From the IMG/VR virus record IMGVR_UViG_3300020189_000007: DNA of 20,000 nucleotides; one strand, 5' to 3'. Below are positions 8,486 through 16,285 of the stretch, in pieces. Each line of letters opens with the position of its first letter. Position 1 is the stretch's first letter. The translations under genes and the position numbers were made by a program. The notes under the pieces were generated by a model. The model worked only from the letters and a program-made list of their open reading frames with translations. It did not search any database and was not told where the DNA came from. The DNA is from an uncultured virus (IMG/VR IMGVR_UViG_3300020189_000007) (taxonomy: Duplodnaviria; Heunggongvirae; Uroviricota; Caudoviricetes).

Positions 8486-8507
8486 AACATTTAAGTATAC
8501 TAGCAGG

Positions 8508-8711
8508 TCACGGGCTGCCGGCAGAATGCACAAGCAACAGCACGTTCATATCAACATCCTTGAACATATCACCCGAGGCCCAGAGGACGTCTACAAACCG
8601 AGTACATGAATTAGAAAAGCGAGACTCACAAACCCGGGTAACAAGACCGAGTCCCATTGCTGTACCCAGTAGATCTCCGTCAACGCAGACAATGTCTCCC
8701 ACACCGATCAC
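8508..8711 (-). CDS. Small SH3/KOW-like beta-barrel protein
   Basis: IGVGDIVCV..GLGLVTRV..VDVLWASG; start reassigned to GTG 8711 (GTGA overlap with the upstream stop, AGGAAGG SD). Confidence 0.7.
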   Translation of the reverse strand: MIGVGDIVCVDGDLLGTAMGLGLVTRVCESRFSNSCTRFVDVLWASGDMFKDVDMNVLLLVHSAGSP

Positions 8712-9004
8712 GAATATGCCTTCCTGATTTGGGCGATCGATTCGATCGAGAACCGACCATCCGGCCAAAGGACTTCATAGCGGACCCATTCACCCGAATA
8801 CTCCTCTAGACCAGATGCTGCATCTCGCATCCATAGAGCTTCCCCCATTTCGAAGTCATCTCCCTCTCCAAACACCATACTCAAGAGTTCACGAGGTTCT
8901 ACCCGCCTGATAACGAGTCCTGGGTAGGGATCGGTGTCTTCCTGCTCATGAACCCGGACCACTGTGTCTCCCGCGCCGATGCTGAGCTTGCTATGGTGCG
9001 TCAT
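8708..9004 (-). CDS. Small SH3/KOW-like beta-barrel protein
   Basis: IGAGDTVVR..PGLVIRRV..YEVLWPDG; start reassigned to ATG 9004. Confidence 0.7.
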   Translation of the reverse strand: MTHHSKLSIGAGDTVVRVHEQEDTDPYPGLVIRRVEPRELLSMVFGEGDDFEMGEALWMRDAASGLEEYSGEWVRYEVLWPDGRFSIESIAQIRKAYS

Positions 9005-9257
9005 CTCGAACTCTCTGAATGTGGTGTTCAACGATGTGATCTGGTCGACCCGATGCAATGCCGTCTCTGAACCACTGGACTGTGTACCACATGTGAGGGT
9101 CTGCCCATTCGTTACGCTGTGAGTCGGGGTCTGGGTACTTGACACCTACAATAAGACCCACTGCATCTCTAAAGACGTGACCGGAGTTGGCGCCGCCGAT
9201 CGGTGGAGCCCACTGGACAATGTCTCCTACTTTGAAGTCTCTGTTTTGTCTTGCCAT
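8991..9257 (-). CDS. Small SH3/KOW-like beta-barrel protein
   Basis: FKVGDIVQW..VGLIVGV..YTVQWF; GAGGA SD. Confidence 0.75.
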   Translation of the reverse strand: MARQNRDFKVGDIVQWAPPIGGANSGHVFRDAVGLIVGVKYPDPDSQRNEWADPHMWYTVQWFRDGIASGRPDHIVEHHIQRVRDDAP

Positions 9258-9508
9258 GGATTTCGATCCTCTGTGACTCGTGTTATCTCATTGTTGAAGA
9301 CGTGCTCTTGAGTGATGCTGGGTTGTCCATCTGGGTAGAACCACTGCACAACATAGCGGACTCGCGGGTTGGGCACTCTGAATCCGGCGCCTCGAGGTTT
9401 GATATCTACTCGCGTCACGATTCCCACGCGAGAATCGCTGTGGAAGCGGGGCCAGCCCCACCGGACCAGATCTCCGACCTCTATGAGCTTACTTGCGGAC
9501 ATATCCAT
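9227..9508 (-). CDS. Small SH3/KOW-like beta-barrel protein
   Basis: IEVGDLVRW..VGIVTRV..YVVQWF; GGAAGGA SD. Confidence 0.75.
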   Translation of the reverse strand: MDMSASKLIEVGDLVRWGWPRFHSDSRVGIVTRVDIKPRGAGFRVPNPRVRYVVQWFYPDGQPSITQEHVFNNEITRVTEDRNPWQDKTETSK

Positions 9509-9728
9509 ATCCTTCCAATGTCAACATCCATCCACCGCATGGGGTCTTGCACCAGAGGTGGTGAGCGTACCGGCGACCTGAGCTGTAGATCGGGTTGGTG
9601 AAGTACCGAGTATAGTGCCCTTTGCTCCATACCTTTCCGCGCTCCTGGCACAAGTGCTTTGTGACATCCGTGTACCGCGCTCCTGGGTTATCGAATAGAT
9701 AGTTGGCAATGATGTGGAGATTGTTCAT
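9489..9728 (-). CDS. Hypothetical protein (79 aa), possible winged-helix-like DNA-binding fold
   Basis: Likely start MNNLHIIANYLFDNPGARYTDV; ends W.LT.EGY. The upstream extension in the track runs through low-complexity DNA. Confidence 0.6.
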   Translation of the reverse strand: MNNLHIIANYLFDNPGARYTDVTKHLCQERGKVWSKGHYTRYFTNPIYSSGRRYAHHLWCKTPCGGWMLTLEGYGYVRK

Positions 9729-9779
9729 GTGCTCTTCTTTCGTTTTCTTTAGTACCGCGTTGAGTCTCTCTCTTGGGGT

Positions 9780-10050
9780 ACCCTTTTCGTTTTCAAAATT
9801 TCCCGAGAATTTTTTTTGGGATTTTGGGCTTTTGGTTTTCAAAATCGCTCCGAAAAAATTTTTTACCGCGCTTAGGCATATGCCCTCCAGAAAGGCCCAC
9901 TGAGTAGGCTCCAGGGGGCCACCAGAAGGGGCCAAAAGGGGCCTGTTTTCAGGGGCCCCCGATGGGGCCATCTGGGCCACTTTTTCTCGCTCGGAGTGGG
10001 GCCCCTCTGTACATTTTACCAGGCCTGTTTACCAGCCCCCCTCTATACAG
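9780..10050. repeat. Non-coding repeat region: clustered A/T tracts followed by iterated GG(G)GCC motifs
   Basis: T/A tracts across 9784-9864; GG(G)GCC near 9915, 9928, 9938, 9952, 9964, 9974 and 9998. Confidence 0.7.
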
Positions 10051-10054
10051 GAAC

Positions 10055-10399
10055 TCAAGGCCGAACAACTCTCCGGACCCGGACACGCTTCGGGGGTAGA
10101 GCTTTCCGAATCCGGGTGATCATCCCGGCATCTGGTTCGTACCCCCGACGCTCTGCCGCTTCAAGCAGGTCTCTATATAGAGTCAGCATCTCTCTCTCGT
10201 TCCAGTCTCCCTCTAGCTCTATGTTCGGCGGAGGCTTGTATAGAGGTACCACTTCTTCGCTGAGCTGGATGAGATACGTCATGCAGTTTGTGACGTGCCA
10301 CTCTACGTTCTCTATATCTGTATCAAAGGCAGACATCTTGTCCCAGTCCTCTATCCAGAACATTCTGGCAATGTCTACTTTTTCTTCGTCTACTTTCAT
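10055..10399 (-). CDS. Hypothetical protein (114 aa), acidic body with basic C-terminus
   Basis: ATGA overlap with the upstream gene. Confidence 0.7.
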   Translation of the reverse strand: MKVDEEKVDIARMFWIEDWDKMSAFDTDIENVEWHVTNCMTYLIQLSEEVVPLYKPPPNIELEGDWNEREMLTLYRDLLEAAERRGYEPDAGMITRIRKALPPKRVRVRRVVRP

Positions 10400-10704
10400 G
10401 TGATGCTCTCAAAATCTGTTTTTACTAGCGGCGGAAGCTCTCCACTGATCATGCCGCCATGTGCTTCAATACACATCATAACTGTATCAGCTGGTACCCA
10501 ACCGTATACTGTCCCCGTTGGATCCTCCGGGGTCTCAGCGTATTCGTGGAGGTAGTAATCATATGAGGAGGGGAAACCTACCTCTACCGCAGTATAGGGT
10601 CCCTGGTCGTCACGTGGAGTACAGTAGCTGCGTTCACTTGCCTGTACACTCATGGAGAATCCATCAGCACATTCCACTCGTTCATTTGCCTTCTTAAACT
10701 TCAT
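10396..10704 (-). CDS. Phage hypothetical protein (CADGFSMSVQAS...YCTPR...VEVGFPS)
   Basis: Start reassigned to ATG 10704 (TAATG overlap, AGGAGG SD). Confidence 0.75.
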   Translation of the reverse strand: MKFKKANERVECADGFSMSVQASERSYCTPRDDQGPYTAVEVGFPSSYDYYLHEYAETPEDPTGTVYGWVPADTVMMCIEAHGGMISGELPPLVKTDFESIT

Positions 10705-12104
10705 TACGCCTCCTGCAGACTCTTTGGCCAAGTCATCTTTACGATGACGTCCTTCTTGTAGTTGAACATCCAGTCCTGAACTGCTCCGTCAGGGGTAACC
10801 ACCCAAGCTCGGGGCAACCGGCTCGGACCCGGGTCAGGAGCGTAGCCGTCGGTCAGGATGATGTACCCGTCGAACTCCCGCTTGTGCTTTCCAGCGTGCT
10901 CGGTCGGAGCAGCGAAGTCCGTACCACCGCAGCGAGTCCGGTTGGCAGGGTGACCCTTACGCTTCCATACCGTCTTGCTCTTCTCATCCACCTCGGTGTC
11001 GAAGTGGTAGCAGGTGAACTCAGTGTTCTTGGCCAGGTTAGCCAGCTCGCCGAAGCAGAGGGCCAGCTCACGATCGCTGACTGAGCCGGACTGGTCAATG
11101 TAAGCTGCCACCGAGCTCGTGTACCCACGCTTGGCACCGGGAACCAAACGACCCATGGTGCTGTGAAGGCGGCTGTAGCTCGTGGTCCGGTTGGCCCGTC
11201 GGCTGTAACCACAGAAGCGGTCAAGGATCTTCTGCCAGGGAACTTCGTTGACCAGTGCTGCCTTGATCTGCTTCCGCAGTTCTGCAGGTACCGAACCCCA
11301 GCTACCCTTCTGGTCGCACTCCTTGGCAGCGTCACCAGCAGCCTGCTTGACCTTGGCCTTGATGTACTCACGGTCTTCATCGCTCATTTCGCCCCAGCCG
11401 TCATGGTCATCCAGCGTACCAGGGACAGTGGGGAGAGGGTTACCGTCAGCATCACAAATCTGACCGTTCTCGTTGATGGTCACATCACCATCGCGGAGAG
11501 CATCAGCCAGACTCTTACCGTTCTGCTTCGGGTTCTCAATGGCTTCCTTGACTTCATCATCTTCCATGAGCCGCGCGAAGTACCACTCAGCAGCCTGCCC
11601 AGCTGGGAAGCTTTCAATCTTCTTGGACACTGCCTCGTACTGCTTGACAGCTGCCTCACCCATTCGCTCCTGTTGTTCCTCAGTCAGCGGCTTAAACGCC
11701 TTACCCGGGAAGAGACCAAACTCAGGAAGCTCGTCCATGAGGTGGCTGTTGATCGCCAAGTCAGTGGCGTAGTTCCAAACCTTGTGAGGCTCGTACTTAC
11801 GAGTGGTGGTGTGTTCGAGGATGAGGTGGAGCATCTCATGCTTGAGGACTCCCCGAATCTGCTTACCGGGCAGAGCCGCCATGAACCGGTCGTTCCAGTA
11901 CATCTGCAGGTCCCCGTCCTTCGCAATAACTCCGGCGGTCGGGATCTTCCGAGTCCGGGTCTTGGTCAGGATTCGAAGGACCTTAGTGTAGAACGGCTCC
12001 TCCAGCATCATACCAACGAGGTGAGGCTGAAGGTCAAATGCCTTGGCTACCTCTTCAGAGGCGTGCTCAAAGGGAGCGTCTGTTGCGGTCGTCTTGTCTG
12101 CCAT
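10704..12104 (-). CDS. Putative metallopeptidase + VWA-like domain protein (DUF2201-like)
   Basis: HEMLH (HExxH) and WNYATDLAINS in the N-terminal part; MIDAS DQSGS, CGGTDF and LTDG in the C-terminal part; AGGAG SD. Confidence 0.9.
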   Translation of the reverse strand: MADKTTATDAPFEHASEEVAKAFDLQPHLVGMMLEEPFYTKVLRILTKTRTRKIPTAGVIAKDGDLQMYWNDRFMAALPGKQIRGVLKHEMLHLILEHTTTRKYEPHKVWNYATDLAINSHLMDELPEFGLFPGKAFKPLTEEQQERMGEAAVKQYEAVSKKIESFPAGQAAEWYFARLMEDDEVKEAIENPKQNGKSLADALRDGDVTINENGQICDADGNPLPTVPGTLDDHDGWGEMSDEDREYIKAKVKQAAGDAAKECDQKGSWGSVPAELRKQIKAALVNEVPWQKILDRFCGYSRRANRTTSYSRLHSTMGRLVPGAKRGYTSSVAAYIDQSGSVSDRELALCFGELANLAKNTEFTCYHFDTEVDEKSKTVWKRKGHPANRTRCGGTDFAAPTEHAGKHKREFDGYIILTDGYAPDPGPSRLPRAWVVTPDGAVQDWMFNYKKDVIVKMTWPKSLQEA

Positions 12105-12188
12105 GTGGACTCCTGTAGTTTTGGGAGAAGCTCTATTCCTTCCCCACCATCATTTATATAATACCACAGGTTAAAGCACTATTGCACG
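12105..12188 (-). promoter_or_regulatory. Early promoter cassette: CGTGCAA-N18-TATTAT + 5' stem-loop + SD
   Basis: -35 at 12182-12187, -10 at 12158-12163, leader ATGATGGTGGGGAAG...CTTCTCCCA. Confidence 0.8.
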
Positions 12189-12193
12189 AATGT

Positions 12194-12400
12194 CTACTCT
12201 TTGTCGTTATTATTCTCTGTCGGCGCCGTCTGAGGAGGGTTGATTGACTCTACCACAGCTGTCATACGGGCATGTAGGAACTCTAGTCGATCCTTAAAAG
12301 CCTGCTGTGTCCATCCATCGTTACGCATGTTAAGAGCTTCAGTATGCCACTCTCGAATCTGAGCGATCATCTCGTTAAGAGTTACTTTCTTTTCGGCCAC
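12194..12400 (-). CDS. Hypothetical helical protein (68 aa)
   Basis: AGGAGG SD before a GTG start. Confidence 0.75.
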   Translation of the reverse strand: MAEKKVTLNEMIAQIREWHTEALNMRNDGWTQQAFKDRLEFLHARMTAVVESINPPQTAPTENNNDKE

Positions 12401-12430
12401 GGGTTACCTCCTGTCTATAGAGGATTGTAT

Positions 12431-12473
12431 AAAGAAGGGGGACCGAGTTAACCCAAAAACCCCGGTCCCCCTT
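12431..12473 (-). terminator. Intrinsic terminator after the AAA ATPase gene
   Basis: AAGGGGGACCGGG...CTCGGTCCCCCTT stem followed by CTTT; preceded by a small GGGAG-TTTG-CTCCC hairpin. Confidence 0.65.
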
Positions 12474-12490
12474 AGGGAGCAAACTCCCGT

Positions 12491-13576
12491 TTACTTCTGA
12501 GTAGCGCGAGCGGCGTTAACCAGCTCGACCACCTTCATGCCGATGGCCTGGTTCAGGGGCAGCAGGTTCTTCATGTTCCCTGCCTTCTGAACTCCGGTGA
12601 AGACCTGGATGAGGAACTCACCACCAACCTCTTCCGCGAACTTGGCAATCCGCTTCACCTGAGCCGGCTTCCAGTTGTTGTCCGCGGCGTGAGCCGTGAT
12701 CTTCTCAACCACCGAGGCGAGCTGGCTAGCAGGAGCATCCTTGATGTCTGCAGCCTTGATCTTACCCTCGAGGATGTCTTCAGCGGTGATCTGGAGCTCG
12801 TAGTTCTTGACGAAGTCGCGGAAGGCAATAGCTGCCTCAACTCCGACGAACCCAGTCAGGACGGGGTAGAAGTGAGCCGGAACATCGTTACCAGCCAGCT
12901 TCTCCGGTGCCAGACCCATGTGAACCAGCGAGTCGCTGAGACGGTGCCAGCTGGCCGGAGTCGGGACAACCGTACCGGGCTCAACCGAGGCCGGGTCAAC
13001 ACGCCAGTGCGCAGGCTCCTGCTTGATGAACTCGACCATGACCTTGTCCACACCAGCACCGGCAGCCCAATCGGTCCAGTCAGCCACTGTGGGCTCAACA
13101 TCGCAGACCCAGAAGCGGCGGAGCAGAGCGGGGTCCATCTCGTTGACGTCGTACTCGTTACCGGCGTTGATGGCCGCGATGACCCGGGTTTCCGGGTGGA
13201 GTCGGTAGGGGACACCGTCCTCATCGTTACCGAGCTCACGGTCCAGGACAATCTGGAAGAAGGCCTGCATCACGGTCGGCATGGAGCGGTTAAGCTCGTC
13301 CAGCATGATGACACAGGGGCGGTCACAAGCGGTCTTGAACCAGCTAGGGACCACGAAGGTGGCAACCTTCTTCTCATCGACAGCCCGCATATCCGGCAGA
13401 CCACCGACCTTCGCCTCATCCATGGTGGAACCACGGACATCGATGAAGGGCAGACCGAGCTCATCAGCGAAAGCCCGGGCTACGTGAGACTTACCCACAC
13501 CTGTCGGTCCTCGCATGAGAACAGCAATGTTGGCGGGAAGGTTGGGAACGATGGTCTTGATGGTCTTGATGTCCAT
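12491..13576 (-). CDS. MoxR/dynein-related AAA+ ATPase
   Basis: Walker A GPTGVGKS, Walker B IMLDELNR, sensor AAIN, MDPALLRRF arginine finger, PTPASW; AAGGAG SD. Confidence 0.92.
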   Translation of the reverse strand: MDIKTIKTIVPNLPANIAVLMRGPTGVGKSHVARAFADELGLPFIDVRGSTMDEAKVGGLPDMRAVDEKKVATFVVPSWFKTACDRPCVIMLDELNRSMPTVMQAFFQIVLDRELGNDEDGVPYRLHPETRVIAAINAGNEYDVNEMDPALLRRFWVCDVEPTVADWTDWAAGAGVDKVMVEFIKQEPAHWRVDPASVEPGTVVPTPASWHRLSDSLVHMGLAPEKLAGNDVPAHFYPVLTGFVGVEAAIAFRDFVKNYELQITAEDILEGKIKAADIKDAPASQLASVVEKITAHAADNNWKPAQVKRIAKFAEEVGGEFLIQVFTGVQKAGNMKNLLPLNQAIGMKVVELVNAARATQK

Positions 13577-13667
13577 GTGAACTCTCCTTGGTTGGGTTAA
13601 CGTTGGCGGCCATTCCTTATCCCCACCAACATATAAATAATACCACAGTTCCTATGCTGTTTGCACG
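13577..13667 (-). promoter_or_regulatory. Early promoter cassette: CGTGCAA-N18-TATTAT + 5' stem-loop + SD
   Basis: -35 at 13661-13666, -10 at 13637-13642, stem ATGTTGGTGG/CCGCCAACGT. Confidence 0.8.
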
Positions 13668-13678
13668 ATTGTCAAAAC

Positions 13679-13873
13679 TTATGCAACATTTTTGTCATTC
13701 TTTTCGCGCTTACTGTTTTCATACCCACGCTCTCGAGCGATCTTGCGTCGGACCATTCGAGAAATAGCTTCTGGATCGACACCACGGAACCAGAGGTCCA
13801 TAACGTAGTCTCGCATATCTGGGTCGAGGTGGGGGTTGGGGTTGTTATGACTGTACTTCTTGTTCTTATCCAT
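13679..13873 (-). CDS. Hypothetical basic protein (about 64 aa)
   Basis: AAGGAG SD precedes MDKNKKYS inside track ORF 13679..13903. Confidence 0.6.
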   Translation of the reverse strand: MDKNKKYSHNNPNPHLDPDMRDYVMDLWFRGVDPEAISRMVRRKIARERGYENSKREKNDKNVA

Positions 13874-13909
13874 CACCGTCTCCTTCGTAATCTTGGTGAT
13901 CAACTCAAA

Positions 13910-14197
13910 CTAAACGATCGTTAGCATGTGGAATGGAACATCCCAAACCACACCACTATTGAGATCCTTGACCAATGCCTTCTTGTACTTTACCCTATGA
14001 ATTGTTCCGTGGATGTCTCCCTGCTCGCTATGAAAGAACTTCACAGCCTGTCCTTGATACAGCTTGCTCTTTGTCGCTGCCTCTCGTCTCTCCCGCCGAA
14101 CCAGCATCTCATCTGACAGAATCTTGAAAGCGATGTTCAACTCATCATCAGTCAAGACAAGACATCCGGTCTTAAGCGCTTCTACCAAACCATTCAT
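13910..14197 (-). CDS. Hypothetical protein with C-terminal SH3/KOW-like region
   Basis: LYQGQAVKF..GTIHRVKYKKALVKD..WDVPF; TGTACA-N16-TATAAT promoter directly upstream (14202-14229), implying a near-leaderless start. Confidence 0.7.
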   Translation of the reverse strand: MNGLVEALKTGCLVLTDDELNIAFKILSDEMLVRRERREAATKSKLYQGQAVKFFHSEQGDIHGTIHRVKYKKALVKDLNSGVVWDVPFHMLTIV

Positions 14198-14256
14198 TTT
14201 CATTATACCTCAACTTTGTGAAATGTACAAACTTCTAAGTGGTTGATATCGTTGGC

Positions 14257-15057
14257 TTATTCAGCCGCCGCGGCACAGGACTGAAGGGTGAACATATCGA
14301 CCATCTGCTGGATGTCCCGAGCGGCAGCGATCTTGCCCTGTAGCTGCTTGATCTGGAGCTCCATCTTGCTGACGGCATCATCGATTCCCTTCGAGTACTC
14401 CTGGTTGGCTGCCATGATCTCATGGACACCGTGACTCGGTCCGCGGTACACGACTCGGATCGGCGCTTCATCACGCTCACCCCAGCCCGCGTTGATGAAT
14501 CCCGCACGAGTGCCGGCATCAAAACCAGCCTTCAGCATCATTTCATACTGCATCCGAGCGTGCTGCTCGCTGTCACCGAAGACCACAACCTCATTGGATT
14601 CATGACCAATACGGATGTTGTAGAGGTTCTTCTTGCTCTTTTCGGCGACCATCTTCCGCACCTGAGTGAACCGTTCGTTCAGTCGGTTGAGACGGCGAGT
14701 ACTCTGAGCCCCGGCCTTGAAGAGCTTACGGCTTACAAACACTCTCTCCGTTCCGTCCGCGGAGGGCATATACTGGTGGTAGCCCATACCAGCTGCTTCG
14801 ATTGTCGTTGAAAGATCAGCGAGCTCCCACGTACCGATCCCGGCTTTGGCAACCTTGTAGAGCTCAAAGATGTCGTAGCCGAGCTCACCACCCAGCAGTT
14901 CATCAGAGACCCAAGTGTCGGACCACGTATCCGCACGACGATAGTGCTTCTTCCGGAGCTTACCCTTCGGTCCACGTGGGAACCGCTCGGAGAGATCGAA
15001 GATCATCGCGGCGTGGGGGTTTTCCTGCTGGAGGAGTCGGAAGGTCTTGAGGTTCAT
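14257..15057 (-). CDS. Hypothetical early protein (266 aa) with C-terminal coiled coil
   Basis: AAGGAG SD; directly downstream of an early promoter cassette. Confidence 0.85.
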   Translation of the reverse strand: MNLKTFRLLQQENPHAAMIFDLSERFPRGPKGKLRKKHYRRADTWSDTWVSDELLGGELGYDIFELYKVAKAGIGTWELADLSTTIEAAGMGYHQYMPSADGTERVFVSRKLFKAGAQSTRRLNRLNERFTQVRKMVAEKSKKNLYNIRIGHESNEVVVFGDSEQHARMQYEMMLKAGFDAGTRAGFINAGWGERDEAPIRVVYRGPSHGVHEIMAANQEYSKGIDDAVSKMELQIKQLQGKIAAARDIQQMVDMFTLQSCAAAAE

Positions 15058-15149
15058 GGTGTCTCCTTGTGACGTTTACTGTGGCGGGGGTTCAAACCCT
15101 TTCCCCACCTTCATTTATATAATACCACAGAGGGGGTCACATTTGCACG
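15058..15149 (-). promoter_or_regulatory. Early promoter cassette: CGTGCAA-N18-TATTAT + 5' stem-loop + SD
   Basis: -35 at 15143-15148, -10 at 15119-15124, leader ATGAAGGTGGGG...CCCCCGCCAC. Confidence 0.8.
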
Positions 15150-15203
15150 ATTTTCACGAGTTATTCAAGTTATATTTTTTTATGATCCGAGTAACGCGTG
15201 TTT

Positions 15204-15515
15204 TTAGACCCACGTATCGCTGTGGTTCTTCCAAAGCTTTCGGTAAGTGATCTTGTGGGTCTTTGGCAGAGCCTTCGCACAGTGACTACCGATGAAGGTA
15301 CCCCACTCAACGGGATCGTTAGGCAGCTCATGCTCTGGGATCGGAAGGAACTCTGCAAACCCAGGCTCATCACAAGAGCGCCGCACGACCACAGTCGCAG
15401 TCTCACGGTTCCGGATCGGTCGCTGACAACAACCGCACTCCATATCGTAGTCGCGATACCCATAAGAGCGTCGTGGGTTATAAGGTTCGACCTTGATCTT
15501 GATTACGTTTTCCAT
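15204..15515 (-). CDS. Hypothetical protein (103 aa), possible Zn-binding (ECGCC...GSHC)
   Basis: Start reassigned to MENVIKIK at ATG 15515 with a GGGGGG SD-like run. Confidence 0.7.
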   Translation of the reverse strand: MENVIKIKVEPYNPRRSYGYRDYDMECGCCQRPIRNRETATVVVRRSCDEPGFAEFLPIPEHELPNDPVEWGTFIGSHCAKALPKTHKITYRKLWKNHSDTWV

Positions 15516-15549
15516 GAGACCCCCCAAGTGATTGAAATGATTAAACTTT

Positions 15550-15969
15550 TTAGGCTTCCACGCGCTCGAGCTTCTCAGTCTTGATGAAGACTTCCCGGCC
15601 CGTGTCAAGGTCAAGGAGCTTTGTCCAGCCGCCAGTGGTGTGGTAGTTGAAGTTCTGACGGCATCGAGCTCTGAGGACTCGGTATCCGATACCCTTCTTG
15701 AGGTAGGTAATGCCATCATCACCCATCAACCGCGGCTCACCCGCATCATCAAAGCACATACCGAACGTGTCTTCACCCGCCGCCTGAGCCTCTGCGATTG
15801 CCTTCCGGCGTTCTTCCCGCATACGCTCCTTGTCAGCAGCAGTGTAGTAGTACTTGGCGCGGACGGTAGTCTCCGGCACATAGTCCCGTACCGTGTTGTC
15901 CCAGCGGTCGCCGAACGCGTCGTCCCGAACCTTAACGATGTCGCCCTTACCGAATCCTACCTTTGCCAT
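15550..15969 (-). CDS. Hypothetical protein (139 aa), SH3-like fold with insertion
   Basis: FGKGDIVKV ... YRVLRAR ... KLLDLDTGREVFIKTEKLE; GGAGG SD. Confidence 0.8.
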   Translation of the reverse strand: MAKVGFGKGDIVKVRDDAFGDRWDNTVRDYVPETTVRAKYYYTAADKERMREERRKAIAEAQAAGEDTFGMCFDDAGEPRLMGDDGITYLKKGIGYRVLRARCRQNFNYHTTGGWTKLLDLDTGREVFIKTEKLERVEA

Positions 15970-16070
15970 GCTGAACCTCCGTGTTCCTTATTAACCAACC
16001 TTGCTTACATTATGATTATACCACAGTGGTCAGCCCTTTGCACGAATGTACAAAATTATTTTATTTTTTT
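15970..16070 (-). promoter_or_regulatory. Early promoter: CGTGCAA-N17-TATAAT with A-rich UP element
   Basis: -35 at 16038-16043, -10 at 16015-16020, AAAAAAAATAAAATAATTTT upstream. Confidence 0.8.
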
Positions 16071-16079
16071 GTGATTATT

Positions 16080-16244
16080 TTAGAACGGCATGTCGACATC
16101 AAACTCTGGAGGATCGTACTCTGCATCAAAGCCGTAATGCGGCTCCTCCCAATACTCATCGCCCCAGACAATGATGTCCTCATCGGGGTCTCGGGTCTGC
16201 TCCTCGTAACGCTCACGAATCAGGTCTGCAATTTCACGCCACAT
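16080..16244 (-). CDS. 54-aa acidic microprotein ending in an SSB-like tail (EFDVDMPF)
   Basis: Below the ORF-track cutoff. Manual translation: MWREIADLIRERYEEQTRDPDEDIIVWGDEYWEEPHYGFDAEYDPPEFDVDMPF*; GGAGAG SD. Confidence 0.8.
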   Translation of the reverse strand: MWREIADLIRERYEEQTRDPDEDIIVWGDEYWEEPHYGFDAEYDPPEFDVDMPF

Positions 16245-16285
16245 GTGCTCTCCAAGCTGTTGATTTTATTGGCAAAAACAAAGGG

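Noticed and set aside
9729..9980. N-terminal half of track ORF 9489..9980
   Set aside because: It is a translation of the low-complexity A/T-tract and GGGGCC region; the protein-like sequence begins at Met 9728.
11163..13600. Long plus-strand ORFs (11163..12161 and 12689..13600) and similar ones at 15981..16721, 16670..17329 and 17419..18249
   Set aside because: They are antisense shadows of well-supported minus-strand genes in GC-rich DNA, have no SD or recognisable motifs, and several cross promoter cassettes.
15081..15109. GGGTTCAAACCC resembling a tRNA T-arm on the plus strand
   Set aside because: No acceptor, D or anticodon arms surround it; it is explained as the reverse complement of a promoter-cassette leader hairpin.
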